Shown here: positions 52,199 through 62,646 of the stretch, piece by piece
Numbering within the stretch: position 1 is the first letter of the stretch
Layout: each line of letters begins with the position of its first letter
From: Cetorhinus maximus
Taxonomy: Eukaryota
Direction of reading: 5' to 3'
Length of the DNA stretch: 64,000 nucleotides
NCBI RefSeq assembly: GCF_964194155.1
Contig: NC_135899.1
Coordinates: forward strand, 10,788,001-10,852,000
The notes under the pieces: model-generated
Seen by the model: only the letters and a program-made list of their open reading frames with translations
The model's database searches: none
Told to the model about the DNA's origin: nothing
Made by a program: the position numbers and the translations under genes

Positions 52199-54256
52199 TT
52201 AGTCCCTTCCCAGTAGTGCCATTTGCCTTCTATACTTGTCCTTTTCCCATTTGTTGATCCTCCTTCTAAGCTGGCAGGCTAAAATAATCAGGATTACAAT
52301 TATCAAGGCCTGAATAACCAGGGCATGGGAGAGAATTCTCAGCCATGGATGTACGTTTACATTCATACCCCAGTTCCAAATTTGTGACACAGCAGAGTTC
52401 TCCTTTAATAGTTCATTAGCTATGTCTTGATCAGTCTGAATCTTCTGTTTGATGGCTTTCCATTTTTGAATTATGTTGCGTGTTTCTTTTAACAGTAGTT
52501 CCCAATCAGCTCCAATCGGAGGGAGTGTAGGCAAAACAGGAGGTGCAAACTCACGTATTGTGGCATCATTGTCCGTGCGCTGTATTGTTGCATCAACTTG
52601 TAGATTAGTGTCCTTTGGTATAGGTTCCAGGGTGTCAGTTCCGAAGACTACTTGCTCTTTAGGGTTTTTAATTATTACATTATAGTCTGGCAAGGTGCAG
52701 ACGTTGTCCCGTACAGTGTAAGTTAGGTTAGTGGTTACAACATAATAGTGGGTTGAGTTGAGTGTTTTTCCAAAATATGAGCCATTATGTTTAGTCGGGT
52801 TGACATATATCAAACAATTATTCCAATGGTTTAAACCGCATGCCCATTCAGTTATGGTGGCGTAGTCTGGACACAACCAGATATCGTCTGCCTGATGGTA
52901 TTGTTCCCGTTGCAATCCTTTCATTGAGTTATTCATTATCACTGCCCACTTTGGGGCTTCTGGGACTGTCAACCACACCCTTTCCTTTACCCAGCCCACG
53001 TTTTCAACCCGATATAGTCGGGATCTCAACGTATCATCTTTGGTTTTAGGTATGTGTAGAACCATACCCAGGATTATTGTTTCCTCCTTTTTTTTGTTGC
53101 TGCTCTTAAGGTGTGGGATGCAGGTGGCTAGAGAGACGTCTTGGACATCAACATTTGCTAGGGATGACCCTAGCACCCATTTTCGTAACGTCTCTTCCCC
53201 TATCCAATCTGGCATCTGGTGATTTTTAAGCTGCAACAAGTTTTTATCTACTTGGGCCAGAACCCAAGACCCGTATAAAGTGTATACAGCATCCCTTGTT
53301 TCATTCTTTTCTTCACCCTCTTCTCTGTCAATCAGGGCATTTATCGTGTTAGTTACTGGTTTCAGGCGTTTCAAACCTTCCTGGATAAGGACAGTCAGCT
53401 GTTCACTAGTCTGGGCTGTGTCTTCCTGATCATTATACCCTTCCTGGGCTATCTGCTTCATGTGGGCCTTTAGTTTGTCAATTTCTGTTTGCAGAGTTCC
53501 TATATCTAAGTTATTTATTGTGGCTGTTCCTGCCGCATAACCTATTCCTGCAACTTCCAAGATCCCTCTCCTTTCTCGTCTTTTTTTCCCATATCCTCCT
53601 TTTGCGTTGTTTCTGAGTAGGGTTTACAGTGGCAGTGCTCACCAATTGCTCCTTTTCAACTTCTAGTTTCAACCCTGTTTGGCTAACTTCCTCTCTTAAC
53701 AGTTTGGTATGCAGGTTTCTCAGCCCATTAGGGCACCATTCTGGCATATTTAGTCTCGTCAGATTTACTGTTACTTTCTCATGGATGTATCCTGGCACAA
53801 TAATCATTCCTTCCTTTTCTGGGATTATTACTAGCCCTGTGTTTAGTGGTATTACTTCTGACCCATTCTCGAGGCATTCTGGGGGTGCCATAGTAGTTGT
53901 TTCTATTGGGGTAGGTGAAGTAGTTAAAGATGCAGTTGGGGCCAAAGTTGTTGACTGGGGCACATAGGGTGGGTCAGGGCAACTTTCTCCATTGATTATT
54001 TTGATTTTACCATCGAGGCAGCACTCAATCTTTGTTAGATCAATCTTTCCCCCTACTGCAGGTTGGAAAGTGCAATTCCAACAACTACCATTGTGGTTAC
54101 TAGTACATGTAGAATTGCCAAAAGAGTGGAGTACCCGCACTGTTGATTCTTACATGTACACTCGTTTTTATCACCCCCACATTGTTCGACTAGGTTGACC
54201 CCTTGTCCCTGCCCATTCTTTACTAACCCCACCACAAACAGACACAAGAGTAGCAT
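52199..54256 (-). pseudogene. env: Retroviral env (~685 aa reconstructed; two compensating 1-nt frameshifts, no stops)
   Basis: Signal peptide MLLLCLFVVGLV; Cys-rich plus Thr/Pro-rich short SU; furin sites RKRR and RERR; fusion peptide GILEVAGIGYAAGTA; heptad; 453-aa open TM subunit with anchor ALVIQALIIVILIILAC. Confidence 0.88.
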
Positions 54257-54327
54257 GATTACTTACAGTTTCTTATGATTTACTTAACGGTGTTCAAACT
54301 CAATTAGCTTTCCTCTGGAGCTGGTAC

Positions 54328-55669
54328 TCACTTGCAGTGAAAGGCGTGTGTCCAGGTAGGTTTTCCTTCACACTTTACCGCTGTTCTGGTTGTCAGTAGC
54401 ACTTGATAGGGTCCTTCCCATCTGGGTTTAAGGAAATCTTTCCTTTTGTGTACTTTCACAAGGACCCACTCTCCTGGTTCTAGCATATGGCACTGGAAAT
54501 CTCCTGGTTTATTTTGTGATTCTTTTACCTGTGCATGAATAGATCTCAATTGTTTGGTTAATGCTTGACAATACCGTGTCCATTTATCATCTGCCTCATG
54601 TTGATCAAAGGGTTTGGTTAGCCAGGTGGGGTTAAATCCTACCCTCATAGGGCTGCCCATTATTATTTCATGTGGGCTCAATTTCACCTCTGAGTGTGGT
54701 ATAGAACGCATACTCATTAGAGCTATGGGTAAAACTTCTGGCCATTTTAAGCCAGTTTCCTCACAAAGTTTGGTCAATTTATTCTTCAGTGTGCCATTGT
54801 TTCTTTCCCCTATTCCAGATGCTTGTGGGTGGTGGGGGGCAATGCAAGTTTTTGTTTAATACCCAAAGCCTTACATATCTCTTGCATAATTTTTCCTGTA
54901 AAATGTGTTCCTCTGTCACTATCTATACTTTCTGGTAGGCCAAATCTGCAGATTATTTCCTTAAGCAGTATTTTCGCTACCGTCATAGCATCCGCCTTAC
55001 GTGCAGGGAAAGCTTCAATCCATTTAGAGAAGGTACCTATTATAACTAGCACATACTCATATCCTAATGCCATAGGTAACTGTAAAAAATCAATTTGTAT
55101 ATTTACAGAAGGTCCACAGGGACCTATTTTAACAGCAGACTGAGTAGGTTCGCTCCTGCCAGCGTTGTTTTTGGCAAATGGCACACCTTTGGCAGAGGTT
55201 AGCTGACATTTGCACAAAACCAGGGGCATACCATGTGTTTCGGATGGTCTCAATATCCCCCCTTTGCTTGCGTGTGTCACACCGTGAGCAATTTTTGCTA
55301 AATAAGGTAACTTTTGTCTGGGGGCCACAGGTCTGCCATCTGTGGATCGCCAAAGACCATCCGAATCTTTGTGACATCCCTTAAGGATCCATGACTTACG
55401 TTCTTTGTAAGGGACAGATTCTTGTAGGGTCACAAGTTCCGATAGTAAACTAGGGAGTTTGTTTTCTGTCCTGTTTGGGAGACACAATGCCTCGGGAAGT
55501 GGGACGGCAGCAGCATTTTAGAAGCTAGGTCAGTGCACTCAATACCCTTGGAGATGTTGTCTTTGTTTCCTGTATGGGCCTGACATTTAATAACTGCAAC
55601 CTTGGAGGGAAGTTGGATAGCGGTTAGTAAGTCTTGCACTAGCTTACCATGTCGAATAGGGGTACCCAA
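54328..55669 (-). pseudogene. pol: pol remnant: RNase H C-terminus plus integrase (frameshifted)
   Basis: GTPIRHGKLVQDLL..VAVIKCQAHT; HGVTH..CQRCAIC zinc finger; IQIDF, IDSDRGTHFTG, GIGERNNGTLK (DDE); PRWEGPYQVLLTT. Confidence 0.92.
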
Positions 55670-55689
55670 GCGCAGTTAAGTGCTGCTTC

Positions 55690-57144
55690 ACTTCCCGGGC
55701 TCTCCCAGCATTGAGCTTTTTCTGTACTCAAAGGGGCACGCTGTCCCACGTGTGGACATTCGTTTTTCCAATATCCTGTTTCTCCACAGTTAAAGCAGGC
55801 ACCTCTTCCCGGGGTTGCCTCCACCCCCTCATCCTTTCCCTCTGCCTCTGCCCTTTCGTCTTTCCCCAAAATTGTTTCCCTGCAATTGGCCAAGTTGCAG
55901 AGCAATCAGTCTTCCCTCCAATTGTTCTTTCCTTTATTCTAGGCAGCTTTGGCAGTGTGAGGCAACAGCTACCAGCTCTGTGAGGGGTTTGGTTTGCCAC
56001 CCTATACAGATGCTCTTGAGCTGATTTTGGATTTTGGGCAAAAGCCCTCCCACAAAGGTGGCTGCAACCACCTTTGGGGCCATATCTCTGGGCTTGGTGA
56101 TCCCAGAGTGAGATTCCAATGAGATAAAAGATTCTAATCCTTCGCTTTAAAATATCTGCACGAGATTCATTCTTTTCCTGCTTACACTTTTGGATTTTGG
56201 ACCAATCAGCCCTTTTGGGGCATACTACATGTACTGCATCAATCAGTCATCCCTTAAAGTTGTCCAGGGCTTCAGTGCGACCTGGATCATCTTCGGGCCA
56301 CTGGACTGCTTCGAGCAGCCTTTTCTGTACCTCGCTGGGTGCTATCACTCTGAACAATTGCAGCACATCCAACCAATTGGGATTATAACACTGCATTACT
56401 GTTAGAAGTTCTTCAGTAAATTTCTCTAGCTGTTCTCTAATAGGGGGAAAATCCTTAGCTAAATTTCTCAAATCCCCTGGGATCCATGGGGCATGGCCCA
56501 TTACCAGTTTCCCATTTGCACCAGGCAGCTCTCTAAGAGGAGCTTGCATGTGCATTACTGGTTCTGCCTTTGCTCGTTGACCTCTAGTTTTTACTGGGAA
56601 AAAGTTTCATCTCCCAGGTGAGGGGTTTTCAAATATGTCTTTAGGCTTTTGTTTGGTAGGCCCCTCTTAATTGAGGACAACCAATCTGTCAGATCTGATT
56701 TATGAGAGGAACTATCTTCCTCAGTTGTTCCTGATGGGAGTAGAGGATACAAGGGTGCTGTTGGCACTCTGGCACTAATAGTCTTGTTAGCTTTCTTTAG
56801 AGTTTTTACTTCTCTCAGGAGCTTATTATGTGAGTCTTGGAGTCCTCTAAATCTGGAGTCTGCCTGTTTTTTACTGGCTTCTTGGTACCAATCATAATAA
56901 GCGTCCCACTGGTCTTGTTTAACTTTACCGCCTCCACCCTCCAGCGCTTTTCTTAAAGGTACTAATTTATCCATATCCCAAGTGCCTTCCATTGGGAATT
57001 GCTTCTTGGGATCATCTCTAGTTATCCAATTCCATTTTTTTCAAAAATTTGCAAATTATTTTTACCATAATTTTGATACATATAATAAGCCAGCGTTCCC
57101 TTTGGCGGGACCGGAACATCCCCTTTGGGTGTGGATCCGCCCAT
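55690..57144 (-). pseudogene. gag: gag (frameshifted)
   Basis: MGGSTPKG..PPKGTLAYYMYQNYG..KQFPMEGTWD matrix; PTAP and LYPLL late-domain-like motifs; PWIPGDLRNLAKDFP..YNPNWLDVLQL capsid; CFNCGETGYWKNEC knuckle (H to Y). Confidence 0.9.
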
Positions 57145-57382
57145 AGTGCACATCAACCTTTTTCCCTAGATCTAGAAACCTAGATACCTAAGTCGACTTT
57201 TAACTTTAGACAATATTGTCCTACCTTTACCCTTCGGGCCCTTTTCCTGCAGCAACCTGCAATACCTTCAAGATCGGATGACGTTGCCCCTCCTCCGGGA
57301 GTCCCCTTCAAGGCTTTCAGCTGTGGCAGTCTCCTTTTGACACCTCGCCTTCGAACTGGCTTCCCTTCAGAGTGGCGTAGTC

Positions 57383-57400
57383 ATTCAAGTCACGGCACCA
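57383..57400 (-). promoter_or_regulatory. Primer binding site, tRNA-His
   Basis: TGGTGCCGTGACTTGAAT versus the tRNA-His complement TGGTGCCGTGACTCGGAT (2 mismatches), 7 nt from the LTR end. Confidence 0.88.
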
Positions 57401-57407
57401 AGTTTAC

Positions 57408-58548
57408 TGTCAAAGAATAAATACAGCAAATGCAGGTTACTTCAGGAAAGAGTACAATTTATTAAGTGCTGAACCGCACAATGGCCATTGGGAGCAGATC
57501 ACAACAGATCTGCTAGAAGTTACAGTGTTCAACAAGCAGTATTTATACAGTGGCTCCAGCATATTCACACAGTGACAAAAACAAAAAACTACTGCGGATG
57601 CTGGAAATCCAAAACAAAAACAGAATTACCTGGAAAAACTCAGCAGGTCTGGCAGCATCAACGGAGAAGAAAAGAGTTGACGTTTCGAGTCCTCATGACC
57701 CTTCAGCAGGACTGAGTAAAGTTAGGAGAGGGGTGAAATATAAGCTGGTTTAAGGTGGGGCGGTGGTGGGGGCGGGGGGTGGGGGGGGAGAGAGAGAGTT
57801 GGGGGGCGCAGGGTGGTTGTAGGGACAAGCAAACAGTGATAGGAGCAGATAATTCACACAGTGATCCTATTAACTTGAGTGATCTTATTAACTTGCCCTT
57901 TATTCTCTTATAATTATATCTATGTTAGCTGATTGATTTTGCTTACCCATACAGTTTCTTGATTGTACATTATCTCTTCATTATCTAACAATGTACTATT
58001 CATTGCATGAGACAACATCTGATGCTTTTTATCTGAGTTATAATCATGTAACAATCAGGTAGTTATTCATCAACCATTATCAGTGCATGCAGTTATATCT
58101 CACAATAGGCAGGTAATCGGTAAGTTAACTAAATAATTACGTCAGATGCAAGACAGACAGTTTTCCAAAGACAGACAGTTTACAAGATATGTTGCATCAA
58201 ATTAGAACACAATCAACAGCCTACGAGTCATAGAATACAAAAAACAGGGAAGTAAAAAAAACAAGCTGGCCACCATACTTATGTAATTAATCACGCACAA
58301 AGTTCATTTTATTCTGGTTATGCCCCAAGAATACTTTCCTGGTTTTCACATAAAGCTTAAAATTTCATTTTAACATTTATCTGCACGCACATAAGGTACA
58401 AGTTAAACATAGTCAGGATTGTTAACATTTCAAGTCTTCCTCCTTCTTGTCCATGGTAGGTTTCGGTAGGCTATGGGACAACTGGCTATTTTCTTAGCTT
58501 ACTTCCTCTTACCTCTCTATTTCCTATCCTGTAATATTTTCTTTCTCA
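57408..58548 (-). repeat. 5' LTR (~850 bp plus a Penelope-like insertion)
   Basis: TATA (gtataaat, ~57541-57548) and AATAAA (~57458-57463) on minus; about 10 substitutions over the ~250 nt shared with the 3' LTR (manual count). Confidence 0.9.
57576..57851 (-). mobile_element. Penelope-like 3' fragment inserted in the 5' LTR, 13-bp TSD
   Basis: attcacacagtga at 57563-57575 and 57852-57864; hammerhead-like ctgctgaagggtcatgaggactcgaaacgtc on minus. Confidence 0.85.
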
Positions 58549-59241
58549 GTGGTGAGCTGCTTTGCTTGAACCAATGCAGTCCGCATGGCGTTGGTGCACC
58601 CACAGTGCTGTTCTATAGCTGTTTGATGCAGCTGAGTGGCTTGCTCGGCCACTTCAGAGGGCAGTTAAAAGTCAGCAACTTCCCTGCAGGTCTGGAGGCC
58701 AGACTGACTACAGCTTCCTTCCCTGAAGGATGTTAGTGAACCAGATGCTGTTTCATGATCATCATTACTAAGAGTAGCTTTTGAATTGCAGGTTTATTTA
58801 CTGAATTTAAAGTTCCCCAGCTGATGTGGTGGGGATTTAACCCCATGTCATTGGACCATTCATCCAAGCTTCTAGATTACTAGTCCAAGAACATTACAGT
58901 TATGCTACCATTCCCGCACCCAAGCAGTTGTGTTTTTGTCAGTAGCCTTATTTCACTAGTTTTGACGATCTTCACAGAAAAGAACAAAAAATAAAACCTA
59001 AAACCTTGCTGACCATGATCCTTTACAATTTCCTTTGACTGTTTGATATTGAAATATATGCTCATGCTGACATGCCTACTTTGAGGAAATTCGACACAAC
59101 TCAGACCCTTTCACTGTGACTCATTCTTTAGAATAAGTAGGAATCTGGGTTTAAGGCCATTGGACAGCATTGAGAGAAAGCATTGCTTGGTGAGGGCCCT
59201 TCCCTAGTGGGCAGCTGCTAACACCTTTGTTCTGTTTGAAG

Positions 59242-59379
59242 TGCCGTCACTGATCAGCAGACAATTACCTCCTGGAATGCCCCTATTATGTGGGAGGGCA
59301 CGTTTGACCCGGTGGAACGCGATGAATTCTACTTTAAAAGGAAGGCAGTGATTGGCCTGACCGTTTTTGCAATTGGACG
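59242..59379 (+). CDS. A3GALT2: GT6 penultimate exon (138 nt, phase 2/2)
   Basis: AVTDQQTITSWNAPIMWEGTFD..IGLTVFAIG(R); gaag| acceptor and cg|gtaaga donor. Confidence 0.93.
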
Positions 59380-59499
59380 GTAAGATAGAAAGAGAGATTT
59401 GCTGTCAGATTTGCATTTCCAACATCCTCTAATTTATCTAATTAATCCTCTAATTAATATAATAGTGGTTCAATGTGAAAGCTCACTGTATGGATTTAT

Positions 59500-60245
59500 A
59501 TCTAGTCCACGTTTCTGTATGAATCTTATACTAATTCCGGTGCCCCATTCTCTCCACATAGCCCTGTATCAACCCCAAACTAATCCCACTGCCCTCATAC
59601 TCCCCATAGCCCTGCATCATTGCCACACTAATCCCACTGCCCCACAATCTCCCCATAGCCATGTATCAATCCCAAACTAACCCAACTGTCCCACTCTCTC
59701 CCCATAGCACTGTATCAATCCCAAACTAATCACACTGCCCTCATACCCCCCATAACACTGCACAATTGCCACACTAATGCCACTGCCCTGCACTTTCGCC
59801 ATAGCCTTGTATCAGTCCCAAACTAATTCCAGTGCCCCACTCTCTCCACTTAGCCCTGAATCAATCTCAAACAAATTCCACTGTGCTCATACTCCCCATA
59901 GCCCTGAATCAATCCCAAACTAATCCCACTGCCCCACACTCTCCCCATAGCCATGTATCAATCCCAAACTAATCCCACTGCCCCACTCTCTCCCCATAGC
60001 ACTGTATCAATCCCAAACTAATTCCAGTGCCCAGTCTCTCATCATAGTCCTGTATAAATTCATACTAATCCCACTGCCCCACTCTCTCCCCATGGCCCCA
60101 TATAATATTCCAAAAATAATCCCAGTATCCTTTTCTCTCACCATAGCCCTGTACCAATTCCAAACTAATTCCAGTGTTATGCCCTCTCCTGATTCATATC
60201 TAGTCCACATTCCTGTATGAATCCTATACTAATTCCGGTGCCCCT
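59500..60245. repeat. ~49-bp minisatellite (ccccatagccctgtatcaatcccaaactaatcccactgccccactctct)
   Basis: Period 59894/59943/59992; the array is bracketed by a duplicated atatctagtccac..ccggtgcccc block. Confidence 0.85.
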
Positions 60246-60476
60246 CTCTCCTGTCCTGCAAATATTTATCCAGCTTTTCTTTAGTAGGTGCAATGACCGC
60301 TTCCTGTGGCAAAACACGTCATGCTGCCAGAACCCTCAAATTTCACCTGACCTCACTCCCTTGTGAGAATTTGAAATTGATGACCTCTCGTCAATGACGT
60401 CTCAAGCGGGATAAAAAAAATGAATGAGTGACCTTAGGATTTTAAATATTCTGACATTCATTGTCCTTTTCATCAG

Positions 60477-61161
60477 GTACCTTGACAGGTATCTGAAGGA
60501 CTTCTTGGAGTCGGCAGAGCAGCACTTCATGAAAGGACATCGGGTGATCTACTACGTGATGGTGGACGTTGCCAGCAAGGTCCCTGCCCTGAAGATGCCT
60601 TCTGAACGGACCATGATCGTGATCCAGGTTCCCAAGCAATCCCGCTGGCAGGACATCAGCATGATGCGGATGTACCAAATCAACGACCTCATCCAGGATC
60701 GGGTCCAGTTCCAGGTCACCTACCTCTTCTGCTTCGATGTCGACCAGGTGTTTGTGGGGCGCTTCGGGGTGGAGGCTTTGGCAGACTCAGTCGCTCAGAT
60801 CCATGCTGGCTTCTTCACTGCCGACCGAAACAAATTCACCTACGAGCGCAATCCGAAATCGGCAGCTTACATCGCACCAAACGAGGGAGATTTCTATTAC
60901 CACGCAGCTGTTTTCGGAGGGAGACCAGATCTGGTTTTGAACCTGACCAGGACCTGCCTGGAGGGGATCATCAGAGACAAAAGTAAAGAGATCGAGGCAA
61001 TCTGGCACGATGAGAGCCATTTGAATCGTTACTTTCTGGATCACAAACCCACCATGCTCTTATCTCCCGAGTATTGCTGGGACCTAACACCGGCCAAGTA
61101 TATCCGATATGTCAGACTGAAATGGATGCCCAAGGAATATAAGAAATTACGTGACAACTGA
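60477..61161 (+). CDS. A3GALT2: GT6 alpha-1,3-galactosyltransferase catalytic (last) exon; A3GALT2/GGTA1-like
   Basis: catcag| acceptor; YLDRYLKDFLESAEQHFM, RWQDISMMRM, DVD, EALADSVAQIH, GDFYYHAAVFGG, WHDESHLN, LSPEYCW, WMPKEYKKLR. GT6 membership is certain; exact orthology needs a tree. Confidence 0.85.
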
Positions 61162-62279
61162 ACGAGGGACGAGTCTCCTGAACCTTTCGTATTGCTGGAT
61201 TTTCATCGTTACGCTGGGACTATCTCTTGTTAACCACCAAAGTCAAATAATAATGTTCTTTCAAATCTTTGCAATTCTACACAATGAATTAGCAGCCTTT
61301 AATGCTGATAACAGGGGAAGGGGTAACTGATTGGGGGCCATTTATTCCATTCAGGGACGTGGTGGATGGAAGTGACACCATTCCTTGGACTGAAGGAGTT
61401 CTGCTCTGATACAGCTCAGTCAATCAGCTACACCAATATTGTGCCCAGCCTGTGCCTCGGCCAAATGGTGCCGTCGTCCATCTCACCACCCCCCACCCTC
61501 GACCCAGTCAGTGTTCAAAAACAGTCCCCTCCCCAGCACCCACCCCAAAATCCTGACAGTTACCAAAAGAAAATGGTCAAGATGGGTTCTGGAGAGGTAG
61601 TTAAATGAAGGCACACAATTAGGATATGAGAAAATGAATTAAAAGTTCTTTACTGGGAATGAAGACCCTCTTTCATAAACTATCCTTGAAGGATAATCTA
61701 TAACTTGCTTAAAAAGTTAACCAGTTGGTGGCTGAAAAGTGATTATTAACGGTTGTGGGGAATGAGTGGAATGGTGTACTTAGACTTGATCTGTGCTGAA
61801 AAGTGTAGGCTTTAATCATGTTTTGTTTTGAATCAGGATGAACTTTTCTACATTGCTGGGATTTTTTTCATTGTAGCTTTAGGAAATTGGAAACGGTTGT
61901 CATGGTAATAGACTCCGCCCACCTAGGTTCTTCCAAAGCCCATTAATAATCATACCCTTCCGATTTGCCAAATTGCAATGCCGAATGTGAAGAAGTGCTG
62001 AATTAGGATTTTGTTTTCTTTTGGGGTCAAAATATAATTTTAGTGGATAATTTTACCAACCACACTTCCCCCATGGAGACAGAAAGGAATCATAACTGAC
62101 AGATACATGCTGTGCAACGAACCTATTCCTGGGCTCTTCAGAAGAGCCACAATGGATTCTCTGGAATTTTTTTTTTCAAATTACAAACAGTCATAGTTTT
62201 TGGATTTATGCCAATACTAGTGGCCACAGTAGAAAGACCTCGCCAAGGCCCCATCTTGATAACGGTCTCCCCCTGTGCC

Positions 62280-62646
62280 TAGGGATGCCAACCCTTCAGG
62301 ACTGGCCTGGAGTCTCCAGGAATTGAAGATCAATCTCTAGGACACAGCCGTGTGCAACCCTGGAGAAAATATCATGGGGACAGTAAAAAAATGTTCTTTT
62401 TGTCATTTAATTTGAACATTTTTTTTTAACCAGATATAAAAAAAAATATTGAAAATGGGAAAAAAGGCTGATTGGCTGACAGTCAAGCATCATCCAATTG
62501 GGTAATGAGTCTTTTTGTTTTCCAGTTAGTATAGAAAGGCAGTGCATCACAAGGATGGATGCGTTGGCTGGCCCATGGCTGGAACGGAGGGGCAAGTCAT
62601 TTGATGAAACCTCCTGGAATACATTTAATTACAGTTGGCAATCCTA
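62280..62646. mobile_element. hAT-type MITE
   Basis: TIRs tagggatgccaac / gttggcaatccta; 8-bp TSD cctgtgcc / cctgtgtc. Confidence 0.8.

Larger units (their letters stand above)
51910..58548 (-). mobile_element. Endogenous retrovirus (class I/epsilon-like gag-pol), defective provirus antisense in the GT6 intron
   Basis: Paired LTRs (TGAGAAAG...TTTGACA on minus), TSD gtag (51906-51909)/gtgg (58549-58552), PBS, PPT, gag-pol remnant-env order. Confidence 0.95.

Noticed and set aside
53581-53587. Programmed -1 frameshift at A AAA AAG in env
   Set aside because: Restoring the TM frame needs a +1 shift; a single-base indel is the simpler explanation.
60424-60476. ATG at 60424 as the GT6 start
   Set aside because: Intronic read-through; the acceptor at 60476 joins the 59242-59379 exon in frame.
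61890-61925. Promoter of a downstream gene (RFX-like gttgtcatggtaat plus GC box)
   Set aside because: No CpG island or adjacent recognisable exon; motifs alone are insufficient.
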